From sequence record OR050627.1: a stretch of DNA of 64,000 bases; one strand, 5' to 3'. A program made the translations under genes and the position numbers. Position 1 is the stretch's first letter. Each line of letters starts with the position of its first letter. The notes beneath the pieces are model-generated. The model had not been told where the DNA came from. It ran no database searches and saw only the letters and a list, made by a program, of their open reading frames with translations. Below are positions 37,696 through 48,334 of the stretch, one piece after another.

Positions 37696-37734
37696 TTGTT
37701 CAACGTTATAAATAAACTACAAATATTTCCAAAC

Positions 37735-39279
37735 ATGGCATTTAACGTAATTACGTTGATGGACGCTAACGTTCTTGTTGAGAAAACGCGAAACATCGAC
37801 ATACTTTCAGATAATAAACTTTACAAATTAAATACTACTCATGGCGAACAAGTTTGGTCGTCTAATAAAGCTACAAACAATTCAGAAGCTTCTACGTTCA
37901 CAAGGGAGTATATTAGACCTGTTTTAGTTGGCAAAAATTCAGATGGATTCAGGCCAGTAGCACCTACTGAAATTGTAGCAGATGGTAATGCTCAGCTACT
38001 TTGTAGCATACATAACATTTTTATTTCGTCATTTGACTTTAAAACGTTGTATGCTAACGCGTACTCAGCTACTTTGGAAATCTACCAAGTTTATGGCGGC
38101 AAAGAAATTATACTAAGCTCAAATGTTTTGGCCTTAATGGACTTCAGGCTTTCAAAATTTGACTTGGAATATGCTAATCGTTTTTATAGCACTTATTGCC
38201 CAGTTCAGGTAGTTGACTTAACTTCAATGCTACTGTCCAAAAATCCTGACCATATTGAGTTAGTTTCGCAAATTATTGATGTTCCTAGCAGCCAAATTAA
38301 CGAGGCTTTACTTAGCAATATCCATTACAGATTCGCGTATATTGACGAATCTACAATAACAGTTCCGCCGACTACACCATACTTTGAATTTGACATTACT
38401 GAAATTGTAAGTAGACCAGAAAGTCCTGCATCTTGGGCACTTGAAGGTGATTTAAATGTGTTAGTTACTAGGTCAGGTCGCAGAATACAAATTGGCTTAG
38501 ATCAGTCAAATCCTGACCTAATGAACACGCTAACGCAAATAGTTGATAGCGTTGAGTTGCTAAGCATAACGTACGACATAACGTTTACGTCTTACAAAAG
38601 CACAGTAGACCCAAATGATTTTGAATATCAGGGTGTGCATTATGAAGAGATTGGTAAATATAGCATTACTTGTGCTAATACTTTCGAGCCTGTAGAGCCT
38701 GTTACGTTATTACCAGACATTGCAGATAATGCAGACCTACTAAGCGTTAACGTCCTAATGCAAATAACGTCATCACGTAATACAATTTCTTTAAGCAAAA
38801 CGTACAACCAATTATTCCTTGGCGAGGACTTAGCTGCATTAAAGAACATAGTTTACAATATTCAGGCTGAGCAATTTAGAATAAACAACGTTATAGAAAC
38901 TACACAAAACGTTGTTACGTTCAACAACACTAGCGGAGTTAACACAATAGCTCAACGTAATAGCTTACAATTTGTAACGTTAAAAGCTGTACATATTAAT
39001 GACTTTGATAGTGGTCAGCTTTCTACAGATGCTACAGAAACTACGCTTTACTTACGCACTACACCTATGATGTTTGCTGTTAAGTTTATTTCCGATGTAG
39101 ACTTCGACTTACGCAAGTACGAGGCTATTGAAATTACTTATAACGCTAGGTCACAAAAACCGACAAAAATTGAAAAAGACGTACTATATTTCCAACTAGG
39201 CTGGCAAGATGCTACCGAAATTGCCGTTGTTATAAACGGAGTCGTAGCTACTGTGCTAGGCGCACAAAAAGCATTTTAA
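37735..39279 (+). CDS. Hypothetical protein, possibly structural
   Basis: Likely start ATG 37735, about 20 nt downstream of TATAAATA (37707). Confidence 0.7.
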   Translation: MAFNVITLMDANVLVEKTRNIDILSDNKLYKLNTTHGEQVWSSNKATNNSEASTFTREYIRPVLVGKNSDGFRPVAPTEIVADGNAQLLCSIHNIFISSFDFKTLYANAYSATLEIYQVYGGKEIILSSNVLALMDFRLSKFDLEYANRFYSTYCPVQVVDLTSMLLSKNPDHIELVSQIIDVPSSQINEALLSNIHYRFAYIDESTITVPPTTPYFEFDITEIVSRPESPASWALEGDLNVLVTRSGRRIQIGLDQSNPDLMNTLTQIVDSVELLSITYDITFTSYKSTVDPNDFEYQGVHYEEIGKYSITCANTFEPVEPVTLLPDIADNADLLSVNVLMQITSSRNTISLSKTYNQLFLGEDLAALKNIVYNIQAEQFRINNVIETTQNVVTFNNTSGVNTIAQRNSLQFVTLKAVHINDFDSGQLSTDATETTLYLRTTPMMFAVKFISDVDFDLRKYEAIEITYNARSQKPTKIEKDVLYFQLGWQDATEIAVVINGVVATVLGAQKAF

Positions 39280-39281
39280 CT

Positions 39282-39512
39282 ATGACAACACTTATTCTAA
39301 CAAACAACGACAAATTAATTCTTAAAGCAATAAAGCCTGAATATTGCGTTAGCTCAGCAGGCGAGGCTAAACATCGAAACGTAGCCAACGGTTACTTCAT
39401 TGACGCTATACTAGACGAGCGTTTTGATGAGGCTAGGCAATACTTACATTTGCTAACTAAAGACTTCAGAGAAGTAATTGTTACAAAATTTCCAAACTTA
39501 CTTGATATTTGA
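39282..39512 (+). CDS. Hypothetical protein
   Basis: 76-aa ORF ending in TGA before a terminator. Confidence 0.6.
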   Translation: MTTLILTNNDKLILKAIKPEYCVSSAGEAKHRNVANGYFIDAILDERFDEARQYLHLLTKDFREVIVTKFPNLLDI

Positions 39513-39515
39513 AAC

Positions 39516-39582
39516 AAGGCCAAAACTTTTAAAAAGTTTTGGCCTTTTTATTTTTACATGTCAAAAATAATTCTTATATTTG
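39516..39582 (+). promoter_or_regulatory. Hairpin terminator plus conserved phage promoter
   Basis: AAGGCCAAAACTTTT/AAAAGTTTTGGCCTT; ATGTC 39558; TATATTTG 39575. Confidence 0.75.
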
Positions 39583-39610
39583 TAATAACAATAATAAAAA
39601 ATAAAACATC

Positions 39611-40186
39611 ATGGCTACATTAACATTAGAGCATCTTAAAACATCAAAGTTTTTATCAAGCATAAAAGGTCCGGTATCTTACTCTATCGCAGACATCTTT
39701 ATACGTTATGATGACTTACTTACCGTAGACTTCGACATTATGCTAGATAGCGGAATTCCTTTACAGCGTCCACAAGTCTGGACATTGGAACAAAAGCAAG
39801 AATTGATTAAGTCCATTTTGTTTGAACAATTTGTACCTCCAATTTCCATGATAATCTATAAATCTGAACCTGGTCAGGGCGCTAAAACTATTGAAACTTA
39901 CAAAATTGTTGACGGCAAACAAAGACTTTTAGCATGCAAGCAATTCATTAACAACGAATTTAGTATAGAAATCAATGGTGAGTCTTTTTACTTCAAAGAC
40001 TTCGACAAAATGGCAACATACAGACTAATTTATTCGTTTTCATTCGATTGCAAAGTATACTACGAGTACGATGATTGTAGACTATCAGATGCTCAGCTAA
40101 TAGAATGGTTCGAGTTCGTAAATTTTAGCGGAACTCCTCAGGAGGCTTCGCATCTTAACAACCTTAAAAAATCAATAACAAAATAA
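39611..40186 (+). CDS. DUF262 (ParB/Srx-like, GmrSD N-terminal) domain protein
   Basis: QRPQVW..EQKQELI.SI....PP and IVDGKQRL motifs. Confidence 0.85.
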   Translation: MATLTLEHLKTSKFLSSIKGPVSYSIADIFIRYDDLLTVDFDIMLDSGIPLQRPQVWTLEQKQELIKSILFEQFVPPISMIIYKSEPGQGAKTIETYKIVDGKQRLLACKQFINNEFSIEINGESFYFKDFDKMATYRLIYSFSFDCKVYYEYDDCRLSDAQLIEWFEFVNFSGTPQEASHLNNLKKSITK

Positions 40187-40187
40187 C

Positions 40188-40916
40188 ATGACACAAGAAA
40201 CATACACAGTCATAACTGACGAAGCTAAACTAAAAGAGTTTATTGCATCATTGCCTGACAGTCATAACAGAGACTTAGTCTATTACGTCTGCCTGTTCGC
40301 TAGGTCAAAGTACTTAAGCGAAGATAACAAAAATAGCATAACGCACATTAAGTCCGACAAAGCTCAGCTTAAACGTTTTGTAGCTACTAAAGCTAATTTG
40401 CTAACAAAAATTAAGCAATTAGAATGCCCTCTAGGTTCGTATATGCAATACAAAACTAATGTGCCAGACAATACAGTACCTCAGGAAAGCTTGGCGCTAT
40501 ACATGACAATTAATCCAAGATCACTAAAGAAGGCTACAAAAAATTCGGCTAAAAAGTTTTTGGATATGTTGCTAGATAATCCTGGCGATCCATTCAATCC
40601 TAGCAACTTTGCAATGTCCGAAATTCAAAGAAGTAGAGGCCGTACAGACTATATAGTGTTTGATCTTGATAGCAAAGTACATGCTAAAGCTTGGCTACGT
40701 GGAAAGCTTAAGGAAATTGTCGGCGATGCAGAGAACCAATTTAGAATACTGGAAACTCGAGGAGGTTATCATATTTTAGTCAATCCTGATGGATTAGTTG
40801 GCAATTGGTTCAACAAAGTTCAAAAAATGCTAGGCGTTGACTTAGACCAATCTGGTGACATTATGATTCCGATACCTGGCACTCACCAAGGAGGCTGGAC
40901 ACCTAGATTCGTTTAA
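40188..40916 (+). CDS. AEP/Prim-Pol-like protein
   Basis: IVFDLD (motif I), ETRGGYH (motif II), D..GD.MIPIPGT. Confidence 0.5.
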   Translation: MTQETYTVITDEAKLKEFIASLPDSHNRDLVYYVCLFARSKYLSEDNKNSITHIKSDKAQLKRFVATKANLLTKIKQLECPLGSYMQYKTNVPDNTVPQESLALYMTINPRSLKKATKNSAKKFLDMLLDNPGDPFNPSNFAMSEIQRSRGRTDYIVFDLDSKVHAKAWLRGKLKEIVGDAENQFRILETRGGYHILVNPDGLVGNWFNKVQKMLGVDLDQSGDIMIPIPGTHQGGWTPRFV

Positions 40917-40994
40917 ACCTTAATGAAACAAGTATATAAGACCGGCTACAATGCCGGTTTTGTTGTATAATAAATACAAATCAAAAAATAATAA

Positions 40995-43900
40995 ATGTCG
41001 TTAAAAGATGTAAAAATCCTGTTGAATGCTGGCTACGCGGCTAACAAACTTATAGGAGAAACTAATGGTGACGAGTTGTTTGAGTTAATCAAAAGCTCAG
41101 CTTATGGTAGCGACTTACCAAAAGAACGTAGACCTACAATATCGCAGTCATCTACAAATCATAGACCTTTAAACGATACTAACGAATACCTTGGATGGAA
41201 CGGGCTTCAGCCAATTGACATTGACATACGTAACAAAACTTGCGCGACGTTAGTCAAAAAGATTTTGGAGAAAACGTTGTACAAATATCACTGGTGCCAT
41301 TCTATTGCACTTTCAACATCCGGGTCAGGTCTTCACGTTTATACGTATACTGAACCAATCTCAACCTTTACTGCCGAAGCGTCCATGGCTGCATCAATGT
41401 TACGTGAGTATTACTTAGATGCTTACGAATACAAGCTTATGGTTTTATGGAAAGCTTTGCATTTGGCATATGACGTTATGTTGGAACTTGGTGTTGACGA
41501 AGAGGTTGCTAAATGCTGTCATCCTATAGATCATGGACATGTAGATGCTGCAGGAAAACCTTTGGATGTTTTGGACGTTACGTCTTCAAGAATATCACAG
41601 CCGCTAATTATTACAGCAGACCCTACAATTTCAAAAAACGAGGACAACTTTGTTTTCATGGACTTGATGTTACCGGACGTTCTTACATTTTATGCAGGAG
41701 TTGACGAAAAGTATCGAATGAACATACTTAAAGAACAATTTGACAGGATTCGTAACCGTTATGGAGTTTCATTAGTCAATGGTAAAGTAGTTTATGCAGA
41801 TAACCATGAATTCGACAATTCATTCAAGGACAAAATTAAGTTTGAAGAAGGCGAAATTAAAGATTTGTACAACCAGGCTAATCCAATGTACTACGACAAC
41901 ACTAAACGTTATCGTATGGCATATACATTGGCTTATCTTTTTGATGTCAAAGAATACAATTCTGATAGATACAACCAAGTAGAAGGCATTTTCCTTAAGC
42001 TTTGTTCAGGTAACCCTAAGTTCCAACGTGAAAAATACCAATATTCAAATGTTTTTAAGTCTGCAGTAGATCGTAACATTCGTGGAAATTGTCCATGCAT
42101 TTGGTCGGCAGTTAAGGAATTGCGAGATCAACACGGATTCAACATTGTCATTGAAGTTAATGAAGAGGAGGTTAGAGAACAAATAGAATCTGCAAACACT
42201 ACTGACTTAATTACCGAGTACATTCTGGAACCAGTTAAGTACAATGACTTCTTTAAACTTAAATATACTCATGAATATCACTTAAAAAACAATGAGTACA
42301 TCGGAACATACAAAGATTCGTTACTTAGCATACTGAAACATGGCATTAATATGCTTGACGCGCCTCCAGGATTTGGTAAAACTGAGTTTATCAAGGAAGC
42401 TTCAAAGGAAAAGCGTATAATGTTAGTAGTTCCATATACTTCGATTCTACAATCAAAAATTGAACCATCGGATCTTGGATTTGAATGTTTCTATGGAGAT
42501 AAGCCGGTTAATTTTGCAGGTGCGAACCATGTAGCCCTGACTTTCGATAAGTTCACAAAAATTGACATTGACGAAGTTTCAATGATGTTCGATATAGTAG
42601 CAATTGATGAATGTCACTTGCTAACAATGTCTTCATATCGTGGAGTAGTTCCTGCAGATGTTATTGATAAAGCAAATGCTTTGAAGACTATTACAATTAT
42701 CATGACAGGTACTCATATATCTGAGCATTTGTTTATGAACTTGCAAACTGCAATACGTTTTACAAGACCAGCGTCTACTCGTAACAAAAACATGAACTTT
42801 GTAATGTGTATGTCAAATGGCGACAAATTGACAAAAATTGCCATGCATATTGCTAATGCTTTGAAGTCCGGCAAAAAGATTTTATTTCCGACAAACAAAG
42901 GTACTGAATATCAGGAGAGACTTACTGCAGCAACTAGAGCATTTTATGGTTCGCAAATTAAGTCAAGATATTACAAACGCGAGAATCACTTGGCTGACTT
43001 TGTTGATGACATTAACTTGAAAGGAACTACTACCGACGTAGATTTGCTGTTCTGCTCAAACTATCTTTCAGTTGGTGTAGATATCAACGACACTACAGAA
43101 TTCGACGTTATTTATGATGAGCAATTTACTGCACAAGAAATTGAGCAGTTCAACTGTAGGTTACGTAAATTAGACATTGAGTCTTACTATTATTTCTCAA
43201 AAGTCGATGCTTCAGGAATGCCAAAGAACATTACATTGTACGAGGACCTTTCATTAGACTTAACACAAGATGAGGCTTTGTCATTCAACGATATTCAGCA
43301 ATTACATTTACAAACTGACGTTAACGCAAATCTTTGGGACTTCTTTAAGTATGCGTTCACAATGCCCTACTTCATAAAGGACCATGTTTCCGGAGAAGTT
43401 CACGTTCACAATACTTGTTTCAGATTGCATAAATTTGAAGAAAAATGGAGAGAATGGGCTATACAACTTAATGTAGTAGCTACGTTTTTAAGTTACTACG
43501 GATATACTTGTGATGTGGTTCAGAATATTTCAGAAAATGAAGATGCTATACAAACTGCAGTCGCTGCAGCTAAGGAAGCTGCAGGCGAATATCGTAAAAA
43601 GCGTAATGACTTAACTGCACAATTCTTAAAGTTAGCAAAGTCTAATGACAAAACATTCGCGTTCATTATGGATGTTAAGTTTGAGGATATTGTAGACTCT
43701 GATACGTTCGACATTGTTAAACGTAAAGGTAAGCCAACGTTACTTATTGCAGACTCTAGCATTTTTACAAACTGGCGTAGAATTATGCGATTGCTTTCAC
43801 GTTATTACGTACGCGAGACTATATTCGACATTATTGAACATTATTGTTATGATGGTGAAGTTTACAATATTTCGGCGTCAAACAGACTTATTGATGCTTT

Positions 43901-44639
43901 ACGAGTTATTCAAAATACTGAGGATGAAAACTTGGTAGAGTCTAACATTTTCATTGTTGACAAAATTATCAACAAAACTTTCCAAGGTGACGTTAATTAT
44001 GAAGTTTACATGGAAAAGTCTGAAGTAGATTTTGTTTGTATGGAAATTGCAGGAATGTACTTAAAGCATCAGGCAGAATTTGCGCAATCATTGCAATTCA
44101 GAATGAAAATTGAACAGTTAGCATCAAGGATATTTAAAGCATTGGTTGTAAAATCGGAAAAACATACATACAAATTAGTAGAATTGCCACCATTCGATGC
44201 ACCTCATGCACTTCAACGTAACAAAACGCTTTCGACCGTTATGGCTTTATTTGGTGAATCTGCATCATTATTAGAAGCTGAAATTTCTAAAAATGCTTTA
44301 GGTAAGTCATTAGCAGACTCAGTTAAAGGAATTATGGGAAGTTTAGAAGTTGTAACTGGTGATGCTATTGAGGATAACAACGTTATCATGAAGTCTGGCA
44401 TGAACATAGGAACGTCCGGCTACAATAACGTTATAGCAGAAATTGCTGAATCTGTTAGGGAAATTGATGACTCTGACTATCGTTTCGCTAAAGCAATTAG
44501 ACTACAAAACGAACGCATAGCAGCTGAACAATCTAAGCTTGATGAAGCTATGAACCAAGTACAATCGCAATCCGAATTAATTTCACCAGACTTAACAGAT
44601 GCACTTAATGCAGCGTTGGACGACTTATTTGGCGAATAA
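40995..44639 (+). CDS. Primase-helicase: N-terminal AEP primase, central SF2 (DExH, origin-binding-like) helicase
   Basis: PIDID, STSGSGLH (AEP); DAPPGFGKT Walker A, IDECH, MTGT, SVGVDI, QFNCRLR helicase motifs. Confidence 0.8.
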   Translation: MSLKDVKILLNAGYAANKLIGETNGDELFELIKSSAYGSDLPKERRPTISQSSTNHRPLNDTNEYLGWNGLQPIDIDIRNKTCATLVKKILEKTLYKYHWCHSIALSTSGSGLHVYTYTEPISTFTAEASMAASMLREYYLDAYEYKLMVLWKALHLAYDVMLELGVDEEVAKCCHPIDHGHVDAAGKPLDVLDVTSSRISQPLIITADPTISKNEDNFVFMDLMLPDVLTFYAGVDEKYRMNILKEQFDRIRNRYGVSLVNGKVVYADNHEFDNSFKDKIKFEEGEIKDLYNQANPMYYDNTKRYRMAYTLAYLFDVKEYNSDRYNQVEGIFLKLCSGNPKFQREKYQYSNVFKSAVDRNIRGNCPCIWSAVKELRDQHGFNIVIEVNEEEVREQIESANTTDLITEYILEPVKYNDFFKLKYTHEYHLKNNEYIGTYKDSLLSILKHGINMLDAPPGFGKTEFIKEASKEKRIMLVVPYTSILQSKIEPSDLGFECFYGDKPVNFAGANHVALTFDKFTKIDIDEVSMMFDIVAIDECHLLTMSSYRGVVPADVIDKANALKTITIIMTGTHISEHLFMNLQTAIRFTRPASTRNKNMNFVMCMSNGDKLTKIAMHIANALKSGKKILFPTNKGTEYQERLTAATRAFYGSQIKSRYYKRENHLADFVDDINLKGTTTDVDLLFCSNYLSVGVDINDTTEFDVIYDEQFTAQEIEQFNCRLRKLDIESYYYFSKVDASGMPKNITLYEDLSLDLTQDEALSFNDIQQLHLQTDVNANLWDFFKYAFTMPYFIKDHVSGEVHVHNTCFRLHKFEEKWREWAIQLNVVATFLSYYGYTCDVVQNISENEDAIQTAVAAAKEAAGEYRKKRNDLTAQFLKLAKSNDKTFAFIMDVKFEDIVDSDTFDIVKRKGKPTLLIADSSIFTNWRRIMRLLSRYYVRETIFDIIEHYCYDGEVYNISASNRLIDALRVIQNTEDENLVESNIFIVDKIINKTFQGDVNYEVYMEKSEVDFVCMEIAGMYLKHQAEFAQSLQFRMKIEQLASRIFKALVVKSEKHTYKLVELPPFDAPHALQRNKTLSTVMALFGESASLLEAEISKNALGKSLADSVKGIMGSLEVVTGDAIEDNNVIMKSGMNIGTSGYNNVIAEIAESVREIDDSDYRFAKAIRLQNERIAAEQSKLDEAMNQVQSQSELISPDLTDALNAALDDLFGE

Positions 44640-44715
44640 TAGATAAATTATCTAGGAACTGTACATTCTGTATATATTTTTTATCAAAACACAAAACTAA
44701 ACACTAATTATTTCC

Positions 44716-45228
44716 ATGCTATTACAAGAAAACATTTTGCTTAATGAATTCGCTACTGAGTGGATTGTTTGCAAAGTTTTGGAGTCTGCGGAACGTTACC
44801 AAATGAACTATGCTTTAACGTCTAACATACTAACGTTACTTAGTGCAGAGGCTGTCCTAGAATCCAACAAAACAAACAACGCGCTACTGCCAGCAAATTC
44901 CATTGAGTTAAAACATGCATTCAAAAGATGCGCTACAGTCAAAGTATTTAACGACTCTGTATATCCTGCAATAATGTATACTGCACATAACAACCTAGAT
45001 TATGCAAAACTAGTTATGCATTATGTGCAATACAAATGCAAGCAATTAGATTGCAGAGTACTTAGCATGGACATATTAATGACTCAAATTTTGTCATACA
45101 AAACCTGGCATCTTGGCATGCTAAAACAGATTTGGGAATCTCAAAAAATTGATAATATAAATGTGCATTCAGAGAATTTAGTAGACTATATGTCTGCTGC
45201 AGGCTCATTGCAATTTGATACTCCGTAA
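44716..45228 (+). CDS. Hypothetical protein
   Basis: 170-aa ORF. Confidence 0.6.
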   Translation: MLLQENILLNEFATEWIVCKVLESAERYQMNYALTSNILTLLSAEAVLESNKTNNALLPANSIELKHAFKRCATVKVFNDSVYPAIMYTAHNNLDYAKLVMHYVQYKCKQLDCRVLSMDILMTQILSYKTWHLGMLKQIWESQKIDNINVHSENLVDYMSAAGSLQFDTP

Positions 45229-45236
45229 AAACAAAC

Positions 45237-46145
45237 ATGAAGAACTTTTTTGCATCAAACAACATAAAAATTCTAGTAGCCGGTGACATTATGCTACATG
45301 AGCCTCAGCTAAAATACTTCAATACGTTACGTAAAGCATGCAATGACGACATTGACATTATGACTAAGTATTTGTTTAACAAAGACTTACGTTCACTGTT
45401 AACATCATCTAATGTAGTAATTGGTAACTTAGAAACTGTTACTAATGACGTACTAGCATACCAGGGCTATCCAAGGTTTAATGCACCAACGTTATTGCTA
45501 CAAATTGTTAAACGTTTAGGCTTTACTGACTTAGTAGTTTCAAACAATCATTCAAAAGATCATGATTATGAAACTTGGCTAGAAACTGTAGAATCGCTTA
45601 AAGCATTAGGCATACGAACGCATGGGGATGTTGAGGAGGCTAAGTCGCTTAAAAATTTACAGACTGTTAAAGTAATTGCAGGGTCTGACAGATTCAATAA
45701 AGAATTTGACGACATTGTAGACTCTGCTTTAGCTAACAAATACTACAAACCACTAAACAAACAACAATTCATTACGTTAAACCAAGCGTTTACTGGCTAT
45801 CCAAGGCTGCTTTACTTCCATGCAGGCAAGGAATATTATGAAGGAATTTCTGAAGACCAAGCTGACATTCTTAAAGCTATTGGTAATGACTCAAAAATCC
45901 TAGCTACATTACTTACACATTCACATGTATTAGGAGAAGCGTATAAACGTAACAAACATGAAACTAAACTTGAGAATGGCTTAGGTAACTTCACATCTAT
46001 GCAAGAAAAACTCGAACGCCAGATTGGCGGAATTGTTGAATATTCGTACAATCCAAAAACTAACGAATTTACTTTCGTTAAACGACATATAGTAGAAACT
46101 GTACTTAACAGTGACGGTTCCTGGCAAACTAGGCTTATAGCTTAA
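45237..46145 (+). CDS. CapA/PGA_cap family metallophosphoesterase
   Basis: AGDIMLH, GNLET, FNAP, NNHSKD, HAGKEY, HSHV, GLGNF motifs. Confidence 0.85.
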   Translation: MKNFFASNNIKILVAGDIMLHEPQLKYFNTLRKACNDDIDIMTKYLFNKDLRSLLTSSNVVIGNLETVTNDVLAYQGYPRFNAPTLLLQIVKRLGFTDLVVSNNHSKDHDYETWLETVESLKALGIRTHGDVEEAKSLKNLQTVKVIAGSDRFNKEFDDIVDSALANKYYKPLNKQQFITLNQAFTGYPRLLYFHAGKEYYEGISEDQADILKAIGNDSKILATLLTHSHVLGEAYKRNKHETKLENGLGNFTSMQEKLERQIGGIVEYSYNPKTNEFTFVKRHIVETVLNSDGSWQTRLIA

Positions 46146-46147
46146 TT

Positions 46148-46216
46148 AAAAATGGCAAAACTTTTAAAAGTTTTGCCATTTTTGTTTTCATATGTCATAA
46201 ATTTTTTATATATTTG
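46148..46216 (+). promoter_or_regulatory. 36-bp perfect palindrome plus conserved phage promoter
   Basis: AAAAATGGCAAAACTTTTAAAAGTTTTGCCATTTTT; ATGTC 46192; TATATTTG 46209. Confidence 0.75.
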
Positions 46217-46246
46217 TACTATAATTATTTAACAAAACAATCATAC

Positions 46247-47371
46247 ATGGAAAAATTCTCAATAAACGACATCAAGATCATGAACAGAGACGGTAAGCTC
46301 GATAACAAATCAAAGTTTGTATGTGTCCAAGGCAACAAGGCACATGTAATAATGTTAGTGCTAGTAGATACTGTTTATGGACACGACATTCATAAATTGA
46401 AAGAATGGCAAGTTAGTTCTGACGGCACTGCATCTATGATGCGTGATCTTTTTGACCCGGCGTCAACTTATCATGACAATTCACCTGATGAAGTAAAATG
46501 TTTTAGTAAAGTCGATGCTAACTGGGAGCTGCCAAGAACTTATACAATTGCAGAAATTCATTCATTTTTTATACATGGCCAACTTAATGAAGCAGTATAT
46601 TTTGAAAGTACTGAACGTAGGCACAAAGGAGAGCGTTTAGTAGTATTTGTAGAATCTGTAGACATAGGAATGCAAAATGCAGGTTATGAATTGCGTTATG
46701 AACTTACAGATTTTAGAGGCCAATTGATTCATGGTAGCACTGCACCTGCTAATGTAAACGATCCTATACTAAAAGATTTAACTTTCAAAAGGCAAGGAGA
46801 GCTTAATGAAGCTAAAACGCTAACAACAAATAACGTTAGTAACGTAATTGCTAATAGCGTAACGAACGTAATTGCTAATAACGTAACGAACGTAGTTACG
46901 CCAATAAAGCATAACGTTCGTAGAGTAGACAGCAAAATTGATGCTTTCGTAAACATAGCTCAGCAAATTGCTAGCTTATCAACGTCATCTAGGCTTAAAG
47001 TTGGATGTATCGTATTCAAAAAGGACTTCTCAAAAATTGCAGCTATTGGTTATAACGGATCATATCCTAATGCACCAATTTTTGAAGAAACTGGTACCGA
47101 GGAGGAATCTCTGGAACCAGGAATGTCAGGATTTGTACATGCAGAGATTAACGCAGTAACTAAATTCAATGGTCATTCGCCAGAAAAATATATTGTCTTA
47201 GTTACACATAGCCCATGTGCACATTGTACAAAAGTGCTAGTAAACGCAGGATTCCGCGACATTTTTTGGATTGACGAATACCGTGCATGCGGCCATTTAG
47301 CCGACATTTTTAGTAGGGTTGGAGTTAACCACGGTAATGTAGATGCTTTAAAAGAATTGTATGCTAAGTAA
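46247..47371 (+). CDS. dCMP deaminase fused to an unknown N-terminal domain
   Basis: Likely start ATG 46247; C-terminal VGC, GYNG, HAEINA, HSPCAHC zinc-deaminase motifs. Confidence 0.85.
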   Translation: MEKFSINDIKIMNRDGKLDNKSKFVCVQGNKAHVIMLVLVDTVYGHDIHKLKEWQVSSDGTASMMRDLFDPASTYHDNSPDEVKCFSKVDANWELPRTYTIAEIHSFFIHGQLNEAVYFESTERRHKGERLVVFVESVDIGMQNAGYELRYELTDFRGQLIHGSTAPANVNDPILKDLTFKRQGELNEAKTLTTNNVSNVIANSVTNVIANNVTNVVTPIKHNVRRVDSKIDAFVNIAQQIASLSTSSRLKVGCIVFKKDFSKIAAIGYNGSYPNAPIFEETGTEEESLEPGMSGFVHAEINAVTKFNGHSPEKYIVLVTHSPCAHCTKVLVNAGFRDIFWIDEYRACGHLADIFSRVGVNHGNVDALKELYAK

Positions 47372-47747
47372 AAAGGAACAGACGCAAAAACTAGGAGTCT
47401 GCGTTGAGGAGACTCCTTACTACCAGGCGCTTTGGGATTTTTGGCAAAGTATAGCAGATTTGGCTGCATACAAACGTGAGCTACTACATGCAGAATGCTT
47501 AGCATTGCGTTCAACTGAAATATTCTCAAATGATGAAATTAACATTAGCTACTACATAGTGCTAAACAAACATGGAGTTTATCCAGTTAAGCTTAGATTT
47601 ATAGTAGGCAATGACATTACACATTGTGAACCTATAGTAGTTAATAAAGTGTTGCAGCCGTCTTTATTTGTTAAGTTAATGGTTGGCGCTACGCATAGAC
47701 TAATTTATAAACATACAAAATTATATTCGGATGAAAAAGGTAATTGA
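47361..47747 (+). CDS. Hypothetical protein
   Basis: Overlapping operonic ORF. Confidence 0.6.
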   Translation: MLSKKEQTQKLGVCVEETPYYQALWDFWQSIADLAAYKRELLHAECLALRSTEIFSNDEINISYYIVLNKHGVYPVKLRFIVGNDITHCEPIVVNKVLQPSLFVKLMVGATHRLIYKHTKLYSDEKGN

Positions 47748-47937
47748 CATTGGCTTCGTACGTTGCGAAAACTACGTACCTAAGCTATACACGTACGTTA
47801 AGTTTAATGATGGTAAGTTTATGTGGTACCAAGGTTGGCATGACATAAACAGCATTCACTTAGCAAAACTAGTTACTGCCAGTAAAGTAACTGACGCACT
47901 TACAAAATTGTACAATGAAAACGAATCGAAATTTTAG
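47731..47937 (+). CDS. Hypothetical protein
   Basis: 68-aa operonic ORF. Confidence 0.55.
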   Translation: MKKVIDIGFVRCENYVPKLYTYVKFNDGKFMWYQGWHDINSIHLAKLVTASKVTDALTKLYNENESKF

Positions 47938-48334
47938 AACTATGTCAAACGTTAACATACACATACATAAAGGTAAGACTTGCCCAATTAAATTTGAACC
48001 GCTAGAATACTGGGCTGCACAAGGAATTGTGCCTGACGAAATTTACGAAGGTTATAGAATTGATACAGATTCTGGTACAATTCCGACAATCAAAAAAGTC
48101 TGGACAAAGCTACATTGCGGGACTATGCATAATCCAGGAGGCGTAAATCATCACCTAGTATGGGCTTGGCATGGCGACTATAAACCAGATTTTTCTTGCA
48201 ATCATGGCGACTGGATTACGTTAAGCGAAGATGTAGCTAAAGAAAAGTTGATCGAAATTCTAAACCTTGCTTTGCTTGAAATAGAAGCAGAAGTTAACAA
48301 AATAGAACAACTTTTACCGACATTGTATAGATAA
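47915..48334 (+). CDS. Hypothetical protein (start may be 47942)
   Basis: Operonic ORF. Confidence 0.6.
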   Translation: MKTNRNFRTMSNVNIHIHKGKTCPIKFEPLEYWAAQGIVPDEIYEGYRIDTDSGTIPTIKKVWTKLHCGTMHNPGGVNHHLVWAWHGDYKPDFSCNHGDWITLSEDVAKEKLIEILNLALLEIEAEVNKIEQLLPTLYR

